A stretch of DNA of 59,749 nucleotides from NCBI GenBank assembly GCA_964485475.1, contig CAZAKB010000002.1:1-59749 (forward strand), in the 5' to 3' direction. Positions 38,103-49,100 of the stretch are shown piece by piece. The stretch comes from an uncultured bacterium (GTDB lineage: Bacteria > Fidelibacterota > UBA2242). Under the pieces are notes generated by a model that was not told the origin of the DNA, searched no databases, and was given only the letters and a program-made list of their open reading frames with translations. The stretch's first letter is position 1. Every line of letters begins with the position of its first letter. The position numbers and the translations under genes were made by a program.

Positions 38103-38944
38103 CCTTTTATCCCACTCATCATAAAACCCTTGATAAAATATTTCTGGAACAGGAAAAACAGTACAATCATCGGGATCATCATCATTACCGACGCTGCCAT
38201 CAGCATGCCCCACTCTGTCTGATGCTGGCCGATAAACATCGCCAAACCTAAAGCTAGCGTTCCTTTCAACTTATCAGATAAATAAATCAACGGTCCAAAG
38301 AAATCGTTCCAGGTCATCATAAATGTCAGAATTGCCACTGTTGCCAAAGCAGGTTTTGCCAGGGGTAGGACAATGTTCCAGTAGATTCGCCATTCGGAAC
38401 AGCCATCGATCCTGGCCGCATCAAACAGTTCGCCGGGTATTGTCAGAAAAAACTGTCGCAAGAGGAATATATTGAAGGCGCCACCACCAAAAAACGCCGG
38501 CACAATCAGGGGTCTGAATGTATTCAGCCAGCCTAGATTTTTAAACAGCACAAACAAGGGAATCATGGTGACCTGCATCGGCAGCATCATCGTTGCCAAT
38601 ACAAAAATAAACACCCCATTTCGGCCTGGCCATTTCAGACAGGCGAAAGCATAGGCTACTAATGAGCTGGACAGTAGAGTCCCGATAATTGTCATGCTCG
38701 AAATAAAAACAGAATTACGTAAATAGGTTAGAAATGGCATTTTTTCGAATACATTGGCGTAATTTTCCCAGTGAAACTGTTCCGGAATCCACTTCGGCGG
38801 AATCACAAAAATCGATTCATTACCCTTTAATGATGTTGACAAAATCCATAAAAACGGTAATATCAGCATTGTTGCGACTGCAAATAAAAACAAATATGTG
38901 ATAATTGTCTTCAGCAGTTTTCGTGAAGGAGTTTTCAGCATCAT
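38099..38944 (-). CDS. ABC sugar transporter permease (CUT1, MalG-like)
   Basis: 281 aa, multi-TM, with the EAA-type loop DAARIDGCSEWRIYWNIVLPLAKP. Confidence 0.9.
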   Translation of the reverse strand: MMLKTPSRKLLKTIITYLFLFAVATMLILPFLWILSTSLKGNESIFVIPPKWIPEQFHWENYANVFEKMPFLTYLRNSVFISSMTIIGTLLSSSLVAYAFACLKWPGRNGVFIFVLATMMLPMQVTMIPLFVLFKNLGWLNTFRPLIVPAFFGGGAFNIFLLRQFFLTIPGELFDAARIDGCSEWRIYWNIVLPLAKPALATVAILTFMMTWNDFFGPLIYLSDKLKGTLALGLAMFIGQHQTEWGMLMAASVMMMIPMIVLFFLFQKYFIKGFMMSGIKG

Positions 38945-39867
38945 AACTTTTCTCCTTCGTAATAAACCAACTTCTGACCAATTTTGAACTGAGCAACTGT
39001 AACGATCAGAATAAAAACCAGCAGCAGCCAGGCTAAGGCACTGGCGTAGCCCATGCTGAAATCATCAAAGGCCTTATAATAGAGATATAAGTTGTAGAAC
39101 ATCGTTGAATTCAAAGGACCACCTTTGGTCATGACATAGGCTTCAGTAAATACCTGGAATGAAAAAATTATCTCCAGCACTGTCCAAAGAAAAATGAGCG
39201 GTGACACCATGGGAATCGTGACATGCCGGAATTTATTCCACCAGCCACCGCCATCCAGATCGACGACCTCATACATCTGCTGGGGTATGCCCTGCAACGC
39301 CGCCAGAAACACCAGCATACGCCCGCCGCCAATCGACCACAAGCTCATCATAATGATTGACGGTTTTGACCATTCCGGACTCTGCAGCCAGAGAGGGCCC
39401 TGAATACCAAAAAAAGCCAGCAGCGTATTAATCAATCCGTACTGAGGATTCAGCATCCAGAGCCAGATTGAGGACAACACAACGCCGGTAATGATCGATG
39501 GAATGAAATAGATTGTCCGGAAAAAGCGGATACCTCTGACTGAGTTATTTACTAAAACCGCTAAAAGCAACGACCCCAGAATCGCCATTGGTGTTCGTAA
39601 AAATGTATAAAAAACCGTATTCCAAGTGGATTTCCAGAAATAGGGGTCTTCCATAATCAGTTCTCGGTAATTTCCCAGACCAATAAATTGCGGAATCCGA
39701 AGAACATCGTATTGACAGAGACTGTAATACATGGACATGATGATCGGGTAAAGCCCAAATAGGAGAAAACCCAACGCCCAGGGCGAAACAAACAAATATC
39801 CCAACAATGCCTGATTACGACGAAGGGGGCTTTTCCAGAATGATTTTAGACTATCAACAGTATTCAT
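38941..39867 (-). CDS. ABC sugar transporter permease (CUT1, MalF-like)
   Basis: 308 aa, multi-TM, with the EAA-type loop YEVVDLDGGGWWNKFRHVTIPMVSP. It has a 4-nt overlap with the downstream permease. Confidence 0.9.
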   Translation of the reverse strand: MNTVDSLKSFWKSPLRRNQALLGYLFVSPWALGFLLFGLYPIIMSMYYSLCQYDVLRIPQFIGLGNYRELIMEDPYFWKSTWNTVFYTFLRTPMAILGSLLLAVLVNNSVRGIRFFRTIYFIPSIITGVVLSSIWLWMLNPQYGLINTLLAFFGIQGPLWLQSPEWSKPSIIMMSLWSIGGGRMLVFLAALQGIPQQMYEVVDLDGGGWWNKFRHVTIPMVSPLIFLWTVLEIIFSFQVFTEAYVMTKGGPLNSTMFYNLYLYYKAFDDFSMGYASALAWLLLVFILIVTVAQFKIGQKLVYYEGEKL

Positions 39868-39872
39868 CTATC

Positions 39873-41228
39873 CTAATAATCCATTTTTGAACGAACATAT
39901 TTATCATATTCCAGGGTTTTCAGTAATTCGTGATTTACCATTTTTTCTGCCTGATTCAAGGCTTCATCAATAGTCTGAATCTTATTTACGATATGTTCGA
40001 TCGCGTTGTAAAATTCCCGCCAGAACACATCATGGGCCATCGGCACTACCGCTGCAGAATGAGCCAGTTCAATATGTTTTACAAAAATATTCGTCTCGCG
40101 ATCTTTATTAAACCGTTTATCATAGGCCGCTCGCTGATTTGCCGGGAAAAGATTTTCTTCCATCGCCTCAACTGAAGCCAGTTGGATCTCCTTATCAGAC
40201 ATGAACTTGATAAACTCCCAGGACTCGTCGGGGTTTTTAGCACCCCGGGGAATCGCCACCCACCAGCATCCGGAAAAAGATGTTGTCGGAAACCCCGGAA
40301 AACTCGGAATCATCCCGATTCCATAATCTAGATCAGGATGGTAACTTTCAATATGTTCCGGAAAGGTGGACGGCAGGATCATCATGGCAATTTTTTCCGA
40401 AACAAAACAGTGCTGATCCCCATATCCAAAACCAGCCGTAAACGTCGATAATTTATCCATGTCAAAATCACCCATATAGTCCAGCATCCACCGACATGCC
40501 CGGTGCATTTCGGGACTATTCAAATTCAACGCTTGACCATCTTCAATTAAAAATTCGGCACCCAACTGCCAGGCTAAAATAATCGGCGTCGGCAACGTTG
40601 ACTGACCCGGAATCAGGGCCTGCTGGTAAAAAGGAATAAAACCAATTTGAGTAAAGTACCCGTCTTTGTCATATTTTGTCAATTTCCGGGAATATTGCTG
40701 AACTTCCTGCCAGGTCTGAGGAATTTTTTCCGGGTCAAGACCGGCCTCCCGAAACAGTCGCTTATTGATAAAAAATGCATAGGAGGCTGTATAAACCGGA
40801 ATCGCAAAGATGTGGCCCTGCCATCTCATTTCCTTCCACAGCGACGGAAAGAACACAGTTGAATCCAGGCCGTCTCTCTTAATAAAATCATCCAGCGGGC
40901 GTAAGGCCATCCGGGACGCCCATTTCACGACTGGCGAAAATTGGTTGATCACATCCGGAGGATTCCCGGACAACAAGGCGGTCAGGACCTTCTTTTCCTG
41001 TTCCTGCCAGGGAATGACAACCGATTTCACCTCAATACTATCATTTATACTGTTAAATGCAGTAAGGTAGTAAGGGATCTGTTCTTTCTGGCCGGTACTA
41101 TGCCAATACTGAATCACGGTCGTGCCGGTCACCGGTTTTTCACTACGGGTAACCAAAAAAGGGACGACAACCATCAAGCCAATGGTCAAAAACCCAATAA
41201 TCTTCAATAGTGTTTTTATCAGATTCAT
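39873..41228 (-). CDS. ABC transporter extracellular solute-binding protein (family 1, oligosaccharide type)
   Basis: 451 aa with an N-terminal membrane anchor. Size and position are directly upstream of the two CUT1 permeases. Confidence 0.8.
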   Translation of the reverse strand: MNLIKTLLKIIGFLTIGLMVVVPFLVTRSEKPVTGTTVIQYWHSTGQKEQIPYYLTAFNSINDSIEVKSVVIPWQEQEKKVLTALLSGNPPDVINQFSPVVKWASRMALRPLDDFIKRDGLDSTVFFPSLWKEMRWQGHIFAIPVYTASYAFFINKRLFREAGLDPEKIPQTWQEVQQYSRKLTKYDKDGYFTQIGFIPFYQQALIPGQSTLPTPIILAWQLGAEFLIEDGQALNLNSPEMHRACRWMLDYMGDFDMDKLSTFTAGFGYGDQHCFVSEKIAMMILPSTFPEHIESYHPDLDYGIGMIPSFPGFPTTSFSGCWWVAIPRGAKNPDESWEFIKFMSDKEIQLASVEAMEENLFPANQRAAYDKRFNKDRETNIFVKHIELAHSAAVVPMAHDVFWREFYNAIEHIVNKIQTIDEALNQAEKMVNHELLKTLEYDKYVRSKMDY

Positions 41229-41233
41229 AGACT

Positions 41234-43237
41234 CTATTTCAAGTAAACCATTTTCCGGGATTCCCGAAAGGATTTCCCGTCAGCCCTATTAATCCTGAGT
41301 TGATAGCAGTAAATACCACTGGCGATTTCTTGCCCTCTGTAATCCTTAGCATCCCAGATTTGATGATAATAGCCAGCTTGTGCAACGTCCTGCACAAATT
41401 CCCGGACCAACCGTCCGGACAGATCATAGATGGCCAGGTTCACGCTTGCCGGTCGATCGATCCGGTATCCAACGGTCGTTGAATTATTAAAGGGATTCGG
41501 GTAGTTCTGTTGCAGTGTGAATTCTGCCGGTTGGATATCCTTCGGGCTGTCCATATTGTTTTCAGATCCCTCTAAATCCATAACAACAAATCGAGGTCTG
41601 TAGATATCAGCATAGGTGAACGCGTCCCAACCCGACGCATTGACATTATAGCTGATTAATAATTCGCCGGGCTTTGACAAATGGGGATGTGCTTTCGCAT
41701 TATACATAAAAATATTTGCATTATCATCCGCTTCAGGGCAATCCCAGATGGTTTGATAATGCTCAAACGGACCAACCGGGCTGTCCCCGAATCGCACCGC
41801 TACGCTGCGGCTGACAGTATTTAACTGAAATACGCAAATAAATCGACCATCCGCCAAGGGCGTTACACTGAATTCCATGGAAATATTTCGTGTGATTCCG
41901 GCACACCGGGCAATATCGGTCACCCAGTCGCTTCCATCCCAAAACCGGTATTTTGAAAAATCCCGGATATCTTCCGGAAAAAAGCGGGTAGCGGCCATTT
42001 CCCGGACACCCAGACTGCTCATCGGTCCATACACATAGATATAACCATCGGCGCCGTGGTTCCCGGAAACTGTTGTCATCGGCATAATTGCCTCGCCGAT
42101 AATTATTTCCTTCCCATCCGTTGATTCGGCCATGAGAGGCGTATCCACCTGTTTAACGTCTGTCAGATTAAGGCTATCATCCACGCAAAATGAGATTAGA
42201 GAAACACCCAGAATTTCCCAGGGATCCGGTGGTTTCCGCAGCCGCATTCCATAGACATAGACAGTATCACCAATGGCAATGCCATCCATCAGCCAGTACC
42301 AGTTACCGCTACTAGAATGTGGCGTGTCCGGTACAAATATTGCCCCCGGAGAACCGTTATCCTTTTCTCCCCAGGTAAAAATCATTTCTTCTTCCAAGGG
42401 TTGATTGCCCTTCAGGCACCCCAATGTATTATTCACTAATGACGACCCGACCCGAATACCATCATCATTTACTGAACCGATGAACGTGTCACTAAACAGA
42501 AAAAGCGTGTTTCCAGGTTCTCCTTCAGTGTATTGCTCGGATCCGTCTAAGGGAATGCTGAAGATACCGTCTGCTCCGGTCCAACCGCTTTTCCGGTTAA
42601 ACAGTTCTTCCCATTCCAGCGCTCGTGTGGTGTTCAGGTCCGGAGGATCCTCGATTACACAGAGACCTGAATCCGGTACACCGATGGCGTGGGGATAGCT
42701 AAAAGCGGTCCAGCCCGTTCCCAGCAATCCCGTTGTGGCCTTTGTGGCGATATACGCCAGTTTGAAACATCCCTCCATTGTACCGACTTTCAGTTGGAGT
42801 GTAATGTCTGCGGATGGCTTGTCGCTATAGATAAAACCGCTATCAGTCACCATGCAGACCCATTTCATGTTTACACCGTATTCATCGGCAGGATAATAAT
42901 AATCAGCCGAGTCACTCCAGACCGCCGACTCAAACAGAATCCCGTTTCCAACCGAGCTGGAATAGTTACCTGAAATATAGGACCAGTCTGCCGGCAGCAA
43001 TGCTCCTAAAAGTCCTTTGTGAGCATTGGTGGTTTCGGGACTTTCTTCCTGGACAGTTAAATGAACTGTAATAGTATCGCCAGGCTGCGCTTCGACGGGT
43101 TGCCGAACCTCTTTAAAATAACATTGCGAGTTTAATAATCCCACTGCCATTAAGAAAATCACCTGGATATTGAATAAGGACCGATGGTATTTAATTCCGG
43201 TATTTTTATTCTGATTATTCACTAAATAAATTCCCAA
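41234..43237 (-). CDS. Secreted three-module protein: N-terminal surface module, DUF4185-like core and T9SS C-terminal sorting domain
   Basis: 667 aa with a leader ending LLNSQC. The core has TLFLFSDTFIG ... DIYRPRFVVMDL. The C-terminus has LQQNYPNPFNNSTTVGYRI...GIYCYQLRI...KMVYLK. Confidence 0.6.
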   Translation of the reverse strand: MGIYLVNNQNKNTGIKYHRSLFNIQVIFLMAVGLLNSQCYFKEVRQPVEAQPGDTITVHLTVQEESPETTNAHKGLLGALLPADWSYISGNYSSSVGNGILFESAVWSDSADYYYPADEYGVNMKWVCMVTDSGFIYSDKPSADITLQLKVGTMEGCFKLAYIATKATTGLLGTGWTAFSYPHAIGVPDSGLCVIEDPPDLNTTRALEWEELFNRKSGWTGADGIFSIPLDGSEQYTEGEPGNTLFLFSDTFIGSVNDDGIRVGSSLVNNTLGCLKGNQPLEEEMIFTWGEKDNGSPGAIFVPDTPHSSSGNWYWLMDGIAIGDTVYVYGMRLRKPPDPWEILGVSLISFCVDDSLNLTDVKQVDTPLMAESTDGKEIIIGEAIMPMTTVSGNHGADGYIYVYGPMSSLGVREMAATRFFPEDIRDFSKYRFWDGSDWVTDIARCAGITRNISMEFSVTPLADGRFICVFQLNTVSRSVAVRFGDSPVGPFEHYQTIWDCPEADDNANIFMYNAKAHPHLSKPGELLISYNVNASGWDAFTYADIYRPRFVVMDLEGSENNMDSPKDIQPAEFTLQQNYPNPFNNSTTVGYRIDRPASVNLAIYDLSGRLVREFVQDVAQAGYYHQIWDAKDYRGQEIASGIYCYQLRINRADGKSFRESRKMVYLK

Positions 43238-43251
43238 TTATCAAGACCCGG

Positions 43252-44205
43252 TTAAAATGATAAGCTAATTGTCAGCCGATGAGTCGCGCCAAATATGTCA
43301 CCAAAGGATCCATAAGCGTAGTCAACATTTGTTTTTATTTTACCGATTTCAGGAACCATTATTCCAAAGCCGCTCGTTAATCTCTGCTCTTTATCATTGG
43401 CCTGATAGCCGCCCCGTAAGGCCAGTATGTTCATAAAAGTATATTCCACGCCGGTATTTATCCATTCGCTTGCATCCGTCGGGTGAACCAATTCAATCGA
43501 AGCGACCAGCCGATGGAAATCTGATGCAACTATTTTATCACTGGCCCCCACGCGGAACAGAAGCGGGGTTCGGAATTGTTGCTCTGCCAGCACCATATCC
43601 GGACCGAAGTGCTGTAATGCAAAGGCCAGTTTCAAATCCCGAAATCCCGTATGATAAATCGTACCGATATCAAAGAGCATGTTCTCAAATGACCGATTAT
43701 CCAGCACTTCCTGCACATATTTAATTTGAAGACCGATTGTCAGTTTATCCGTAAAACGTCGTGCTAGAGAAAGACCCACGAGATAATCCCCGGCTCCGAC
43801 CATATTGCCGGTTCCGTTCGGTTCTAAAACCGTCGTTTCTTCGAACTCTTTGATTTTAAAACTGATAGCACTGAGTCCAATCACAAAGGATTTCATCGGG
43901 ATGGCTACCGCGAAGGCGTCGTGAGTGCTTTCCACCAACCAGTTGGTGTGTGAAAAAGTCAGCTGAGGATCCGTTACAAACCCGATTCCGGCGACATTCC
44001 AGAAAACGGCATTGACGTCATCCGACAGACTGGTAAATGCTTCTCCCATGGCGGATTCCCGTCCGCCGACACCGATCTTCAGGAATTGCAGACCTGCGGA
44101 ACCGGCTTTGGTAAAATCAAACCCCCAATCAAACTGTGCCAGGGTATTCTGACTGATCAGGAATATTATAGACAGAGATATGATAATTTTTTTCATAAAT
44201 CTCAC
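43252..44205 (-). CDS. PorV/PorQ-family outer-membrane beta-barrel protein
   Basis: 317 aa with a signal peptide. GGRESAMGEAFTSLSDDVNAVFWNVAGIG matches the conserved N-terminal motif of PorV/PorQ (FadL-like) barrels. The C-terminus ends in an aromatic residue (SLSF). Confidence 0.65.
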   Translation of the reverse strand: MRFMKKIIISLSIIFLISQNTLAQFDWGFDFTKAGSAGLQFLKIGVGGRESAMGEAFTSLSDDVNAVFWNVAGIGFVTDPQLTFSHTNWLVESTHDAFAVAIPMKSFVIGLSAISFKIKEFEETTVLEPNGTGNMVGAGDYLVGLSLARRFTDKLTIGLQIKYVQEVLDNRSFENMLFDIGTIYHTGFRDLKLAFALQHFGPDMVLAEQQFRTPLLFRVGASDKIVASDFHRLVASIELVHPTDASEWINTGVEYTFMNILALRGGYQANDKEQRLTSGFGIMVPEIGKIKTNVDYAYGSFGDIFGATHRLTISLSF

Positions 44206-44207
44206 CT

Positions 44208-46091
44208 TTATTTAATAATGATCAATGATCCTTTAGCCGTTCCGACTTTTGAATCCACTGTCCAAAAATAGATACCGGGAGCCGTGCGCTGCCGGGCCTT
44301 GGTCAATTGGTCCCAAATTTCTTCGCCTGAGGCAACGTTTTTGTGTTTCAGAGTGCGGATGTGTTCACCGGAAGAGGTATAGATGCGAATATCACAGGTG
44401 TCCGGAAGGTTTGTCCAGACAATTGAATTAGCATCTGCTAGTGCAGGAAATCCAGATGCTTCACGGAAAGGATTAGGAAATACAATTACATCAAGAGTAT
44501 TTTCAGCGGGTTGGCTGGATACCATCACTGCTTCAGTATTGCGATTTGTCAACCAACTCTCATTACCATCGGAATCAACTGATGTAACAGCATAATAATA
44601 ACCAACACCAAGAAGAACATCCTCACCACTATCATCATATTGCCACCGATCTGTTTCAGAATTAATATATCGTTTTCGATCAGTACTGCTTCCAACCCTA
44701 ATTTTATTTTTAATTTTATCATAAGGACCAATAAATGCGCGGTCGCTACGATATACACTATAGTAAGAAAAATCATTAATCCCGGAAATTGGGTCGATCC
44801 AGTCAGTATCAATCTTTTCCCAGGATATAGTAATTGCTTGTGAACTGGGTAATGGCACAATTTCAATATCCGGTGAAGGAGGAGGCAAATCTACTATTTC
44901 GTAATTATTCTCATAAAGTGTCTTGGCATTATCTATCGTTTCCTGAAGCATTCCGAGTCCCTGACTCAGTTTTTCTTGTGCAGTAGGAAATTCACTATAG
45001 GGGATATCAATGACATCTTCCAGCGGAAGACCATTGACGGCTTCAACGATTGTGATTCGAACGGAATCCAATGACGCAATGGTATACGGCCCACAGGACA
45101 TTAACATGATTGGTGTAATATGCAAATCCGGGTCCGCTTGCCGGGAATTGTCCGTGCCATTTAAGAGAGCGTACAACGATTGCTTGCTGGCCACTCCATC
45201 CAGAGTATAAAATTGGGATTGGCTCATGACACTCGCCCAAAAAACCGCCGCCGGTTGCGGCTCATTATTCGAAGCCGGATCGGCCCCCAAAAGCGCAAAA
45301 CCAGCATAGCCCGGTGAGCGCAATTCCTCGGCGTCATCCCAGTAATTGCCCCAGTCCCACATATATTCGGTATACGTTGCCATATAGTTATCATAGGCGT
45401 ATAAAAGTGCCCTGGAGCTGTCAAAAGCGACTGACTCATCTTCACGACTGGCATTATCACCCCAGCCGTTATGGACGACTTGATCCTGATAACTGGGGCG
45501 AATGAGGTATGGAAAACCGACATAGGCATCCAGAATCGTCGCAGACGTCTGATTTGTGACGACGTACTCAATAATAATACAATTATTTAAACCGGGAAAA
45601 CTCCAGACTTTACTGGTTCGCTTGACATGCACATTTTCTGGTGTGGTCCACTCGGCAACGATAGACTCTTCCGGCGAATCCGGATCATAATCCGGTGAAC
45701 CAATAAAGTTTTCAATTTTCACCAATGCCTGAAACTCCCCGTCCACAACCGGTGATATGGGACCATTTTCAGCAAAGGCGATGACACCGTTTGCATCTTT
45801 CCAGCCCATCCAGAACCCGGCAGCATAAAGATAGGAACGCTGATCGTCTTTGTCTTTTAAATCATTGGGTCCACCGGGCCAGTCCATGCTGGGATAAAAT
45901 TCATAGCGATTGGTCGGATTAGGTGCCCCAATCGTACCATCATCTTTCATTGTTTCCCATAATTCTCCACGGTCATGAAGCAGGAAATCGGCGCGCCGCA
46001 ATTGACCATACAGTGAAGAGATACTAAGTAACAAAATCATTGCGATTATTCTGATATATTTCGGCATTTTACTATCCTTTATTTCGCTCAT
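44208..46091 (-). CDS. Secreted hypothetical protein with T9SS/FlgD-Ig-like C-terminal domain, adjacent to the TonB-dependent receptor
   Basis: 627 aa with the leader IIAMILLLSISSLYGQ (alternative start at M9, 46067). The C-terminus is VFPNPFRE...GIYFWTVDSKVGTAKGSLIIIK. The body has no recognisable catalytic family. Confidence 0.6.
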   Translation of the reverse strand: MSEIKDSKMPKYIRIIAMILLLSISSLYGQLRRADFLLHDRGELWETMKDDGTIGAPNPTNRYEFYPSMDWPGGPNDLKDKDDQRSYLYAAGFWMGWKDANGVIAFAENGPISPVVDGEFQALVKIENFIGSPDYDPDSPEESIVAEWTTPENVHVKRTSKVWSFPGLNNCIIIEYVVTNQTSATILDAYVGFPYLIRPSYQDQVVHNGWGDNASREDESVAFDSSRALLYAYDNYMATYTEYMWDWGNYWDDAEELRSPGYAGFALLGADPASNNEPQPAAVFWASVMSQSQFYTLDGVASKQSLYALLNGTDNSRQADPDLHITPIMLMSCGPYTIASLDSVRITIVEAVNGLPLEDVIDIPYSEFPTAQEKLSQGLGMLQETIDNAKTLYENNYEIVDLPPPSPDIEIVPLPSSQAITISWEKIDTDWIDPISGINDFSYYSVYRSDRAFIGPYDKIKNKIRVGSSTDRKRYINSETDRWQYDDSGEDVLLGVGYYYAVTSVDSDGNESWLTNRNTEAVMVSSQPAENTLDVIVFPNPFREASGFPALADANSIVWTNLPDTCDIRIYTSSGEHIRTLKHKNVASGEEIWDQLTKARQRTAPGIYFWTVDSKVGTAKGSLIIIK

Positions 46092-46105
46092 CTTGATTAC
46101 TCTCC

Positions 46106-49100
46106 TTAACGAAAATTGTATTTAATTCCAAAGTAAATCCGGCGGGCCGGTGCATAGGTTTGAGCGGTGATATCGTAACCAACTTCATCCACTTTCGGAA
46201 TCGTACCATTGTCGATATAATCGCTGAGTATATTATCACTTTCATTATAGTAAATATTGCCCAGGGAAATCATATTCTTGGCATTAAATACATTGGTAAT
46301 TCGAATATAGGCTGAGAGGATATGATTCTTACCGATTTCAATATTTTTCACCAATCGCAAATCCACGTTATTGAAGGCGGGATAGCGGTAATTATCATAA
46401 GTGTCCGGTGAATCATCGGGTCCTTGATACGTAAAGGGTTGCCCACTGATATACTGATGTAAAATACTGAGACTGGTTCCCTTTAATACCGGTGTAAGCA
46501 ATGGAATTTTCAGATCATCCGGATATCTCAGGTAAATATTCGTCCGGACAGTATGGGGACGACTGTAGGAATTCTGAACCGGGATGCGCTTGTTGATATC
46601 CGTATCCCATACGTAGGTATAGTTACCTTCACCATCGATCTTAATTTGCCCGGGACTGGCTCTTCCGATTGTTGATTTGGAAAAACTATAGTTTATATCC
46701 AGGGTAAATACCCGCGAAAATAATGTTCTCAACGTTATTTCAAATCCCCGGGCATCTCCATAATCACCCGGGAAGCTGCTGACGTAAAAAAGGTTGGGGG
46801 TCGTTTGTGAATTTATCGGATCCCATCCGTAGATACGCCGATCGAAAATGCCGTACCGGGCCGCGGTTTTATTAAACGCATCTTTATAAAAGGCGGTCAC
46901 ATCCAGAACGGCCACATCATTAAAATTTTGTTTGATTCCCACCTCAAAGGAAATCGTCTTTTCCGGTTTGAGCGGTTCCGCAGTCAAAAACACAATTCGT
47001 TCCGGATCGCCGTTATCGGAAGGAAAATGATTCGGTTCCCGCCCCTGGGCTGCCGCAGAATCCATTTCAGTCATGATTCCCTGAATGATCTTTTCAGGTC
47101 GAAAATAGCTGAGTTCAAACATCCGATCAAGGGGCGGCATCTGGTAAAAATGCCCGTAATTGAAGTGCAACAACGTATTTTCAGTAATCGGAAAGGATAC
47201 TCCCAATCTCGGACTAAACATATGATAGGACGGTGCTTGCTCCATGGGTTGATTCATAACATTTTCAAAGGAATATTTCACATTTCCCGAAGAATCCAGC
47301 TGATCGCCATCCGGGTCAAGAGCAGGATTAAAATCAGAATTTAAACTGTAATTATACAGGTTATTTGTCGAAAACCATTCACGGTTTGGATTAAAGTAAT
47401 CATAGCGCATTCCAACATTCAAAATCATACTCTCAAATTCCATTTTATTTTGAGCATATAGGGCAATCTGGATTGGATTGAAGGTATCATGCAGGCCCCG
47501 GTTCATCCATAATTCAGGATTGGACTTATAGTCAATATAGGACGGATATCGATAGGCCTTAAGTTCAGACATCGTATTATAGCGGAATTCAAAACCGGTT
47601 TTCAGAAAATTAAACGAATTCCACTGCCAGTTCAGACTCCCCAACCACGATAGATCACTGTTCTTCCAATGATTGTCCAGAACAAACGCCCAAGCGTCAA
47701 ACGGTTCCACAAAATATTCTTCATCGCTAAAATTGACCACCGTGTTGTATCGCTGAAATCCCCAAATATCGGGCATATCACTCTGGCCGATTTCAGTATA
47801 ATCGCTTGGTTTTTCACGGATATCGGTCAGATAGTAGCTCAGCTTTAAATCATAAAATAATTTTTGAGATAATACATGACTCCATAACAGACTGTTGCTG
47901 TAGGTATAGGTATCCAACAATGTGCCCCACCCGCGATAATATTTGGCCTGAGGTACAAATTGCCCATATTCCTGCCAGGTTGAGTGCCCTTCATGGTTAT
48001 AAAAACCGGTAAACCGCAATTTCGCTCGGGAGTCCGACTGAAACGCAATGTTGTAGGTGATATTTTCCTGGTCGTGAGTATCCCTGGGGCGCGGATATAT
48101 ATAGGCCTCTTTTTTAATTTGTGTTGCCACAAAAAATGAACTTCTAATATCTCCAATGTGAAACAGTGGACCACCAAGGCTGAAAAAAATATTTTGATCC
48201 GGTATTTTCCGATAATCATAGATATTTTTTTGCCGGTATGAAGTCATCCAATCTGGATCAATAACACCAATATCGGCCGTCGTATCCCGGTAGTTGTAAT
48301 AATTTTGGTCCCACCAAACTGCTGAAGGAGCATTGATATGATCCCGATACTCTTTCTGATATTTGCTCCACCACTGATTATCGATATCTGTCATAGACTC
48401 AATATGTGCAAGGGAATCTTCGGCAGATGGAATTTGAGTTCCCCAGGCAGACTGCCAGTTGGCGTGCTCATTATCTAATATTTCCCAATGATTCCGGACT
48501 TGAGTCTCGGTCGGGTGACTGTACATATAATTTCCGAAATGATGCTGGCCAGCAGTTCCGTAAATGTATTCAAACGAGAATGAATATTTTTCACCCCCCT
48601 CCCGTGTAATCACATTTACAATTCCGGACTGGGCTTCGCCGTACTCCGCATTAAAACCGGAAGTGATTAACTGTACTTCACTGATCGAGTGCATATTTAC
48701 ATCTGTAAATGAACCACCCTGGTCCGCTCGGCCTTCCATCAAAGATGAAGACCGGACACCATCTATAAACCATTTAACTTCACCCTGACTTCCACCCCGG
48801 ATTGAGTACCGGGGTTCTCCCCGGCCCTGTCCATTAAACCCGGAACTCAACGGCAATGGATCCATAAAAATACCGGTCTGAATCATCAACCCTTCTTTTG
48901 CATCGGCTACCGGCAACTGGGTGAGTTCTTCAAGCTCAACAAACTGGGTACTGTTGGTGATATCCTTCTGTATCACCGGACGCGTCGCGGTTACCACAAC
49001 TTCCTGGCCCATGTCAATCGCCTTAGATTCCAAATCCATATTAACTGTTGTCGTATGATCAATATTGACTTTGACATCCTTGACCATCACCTTGCCGTAG

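Noticed and set aside
38103-38213. N-terminal 37 codons of ORF 34671..38213 (a similar case is 34577..34648 for ORF 33713..34648)
   Set aside because: These extensions lie inside the upstream permease gene or precede a strong Shine-Dalgarno sequence (AAAGGAGGC). The downstream ATGs give normal signal peptides.
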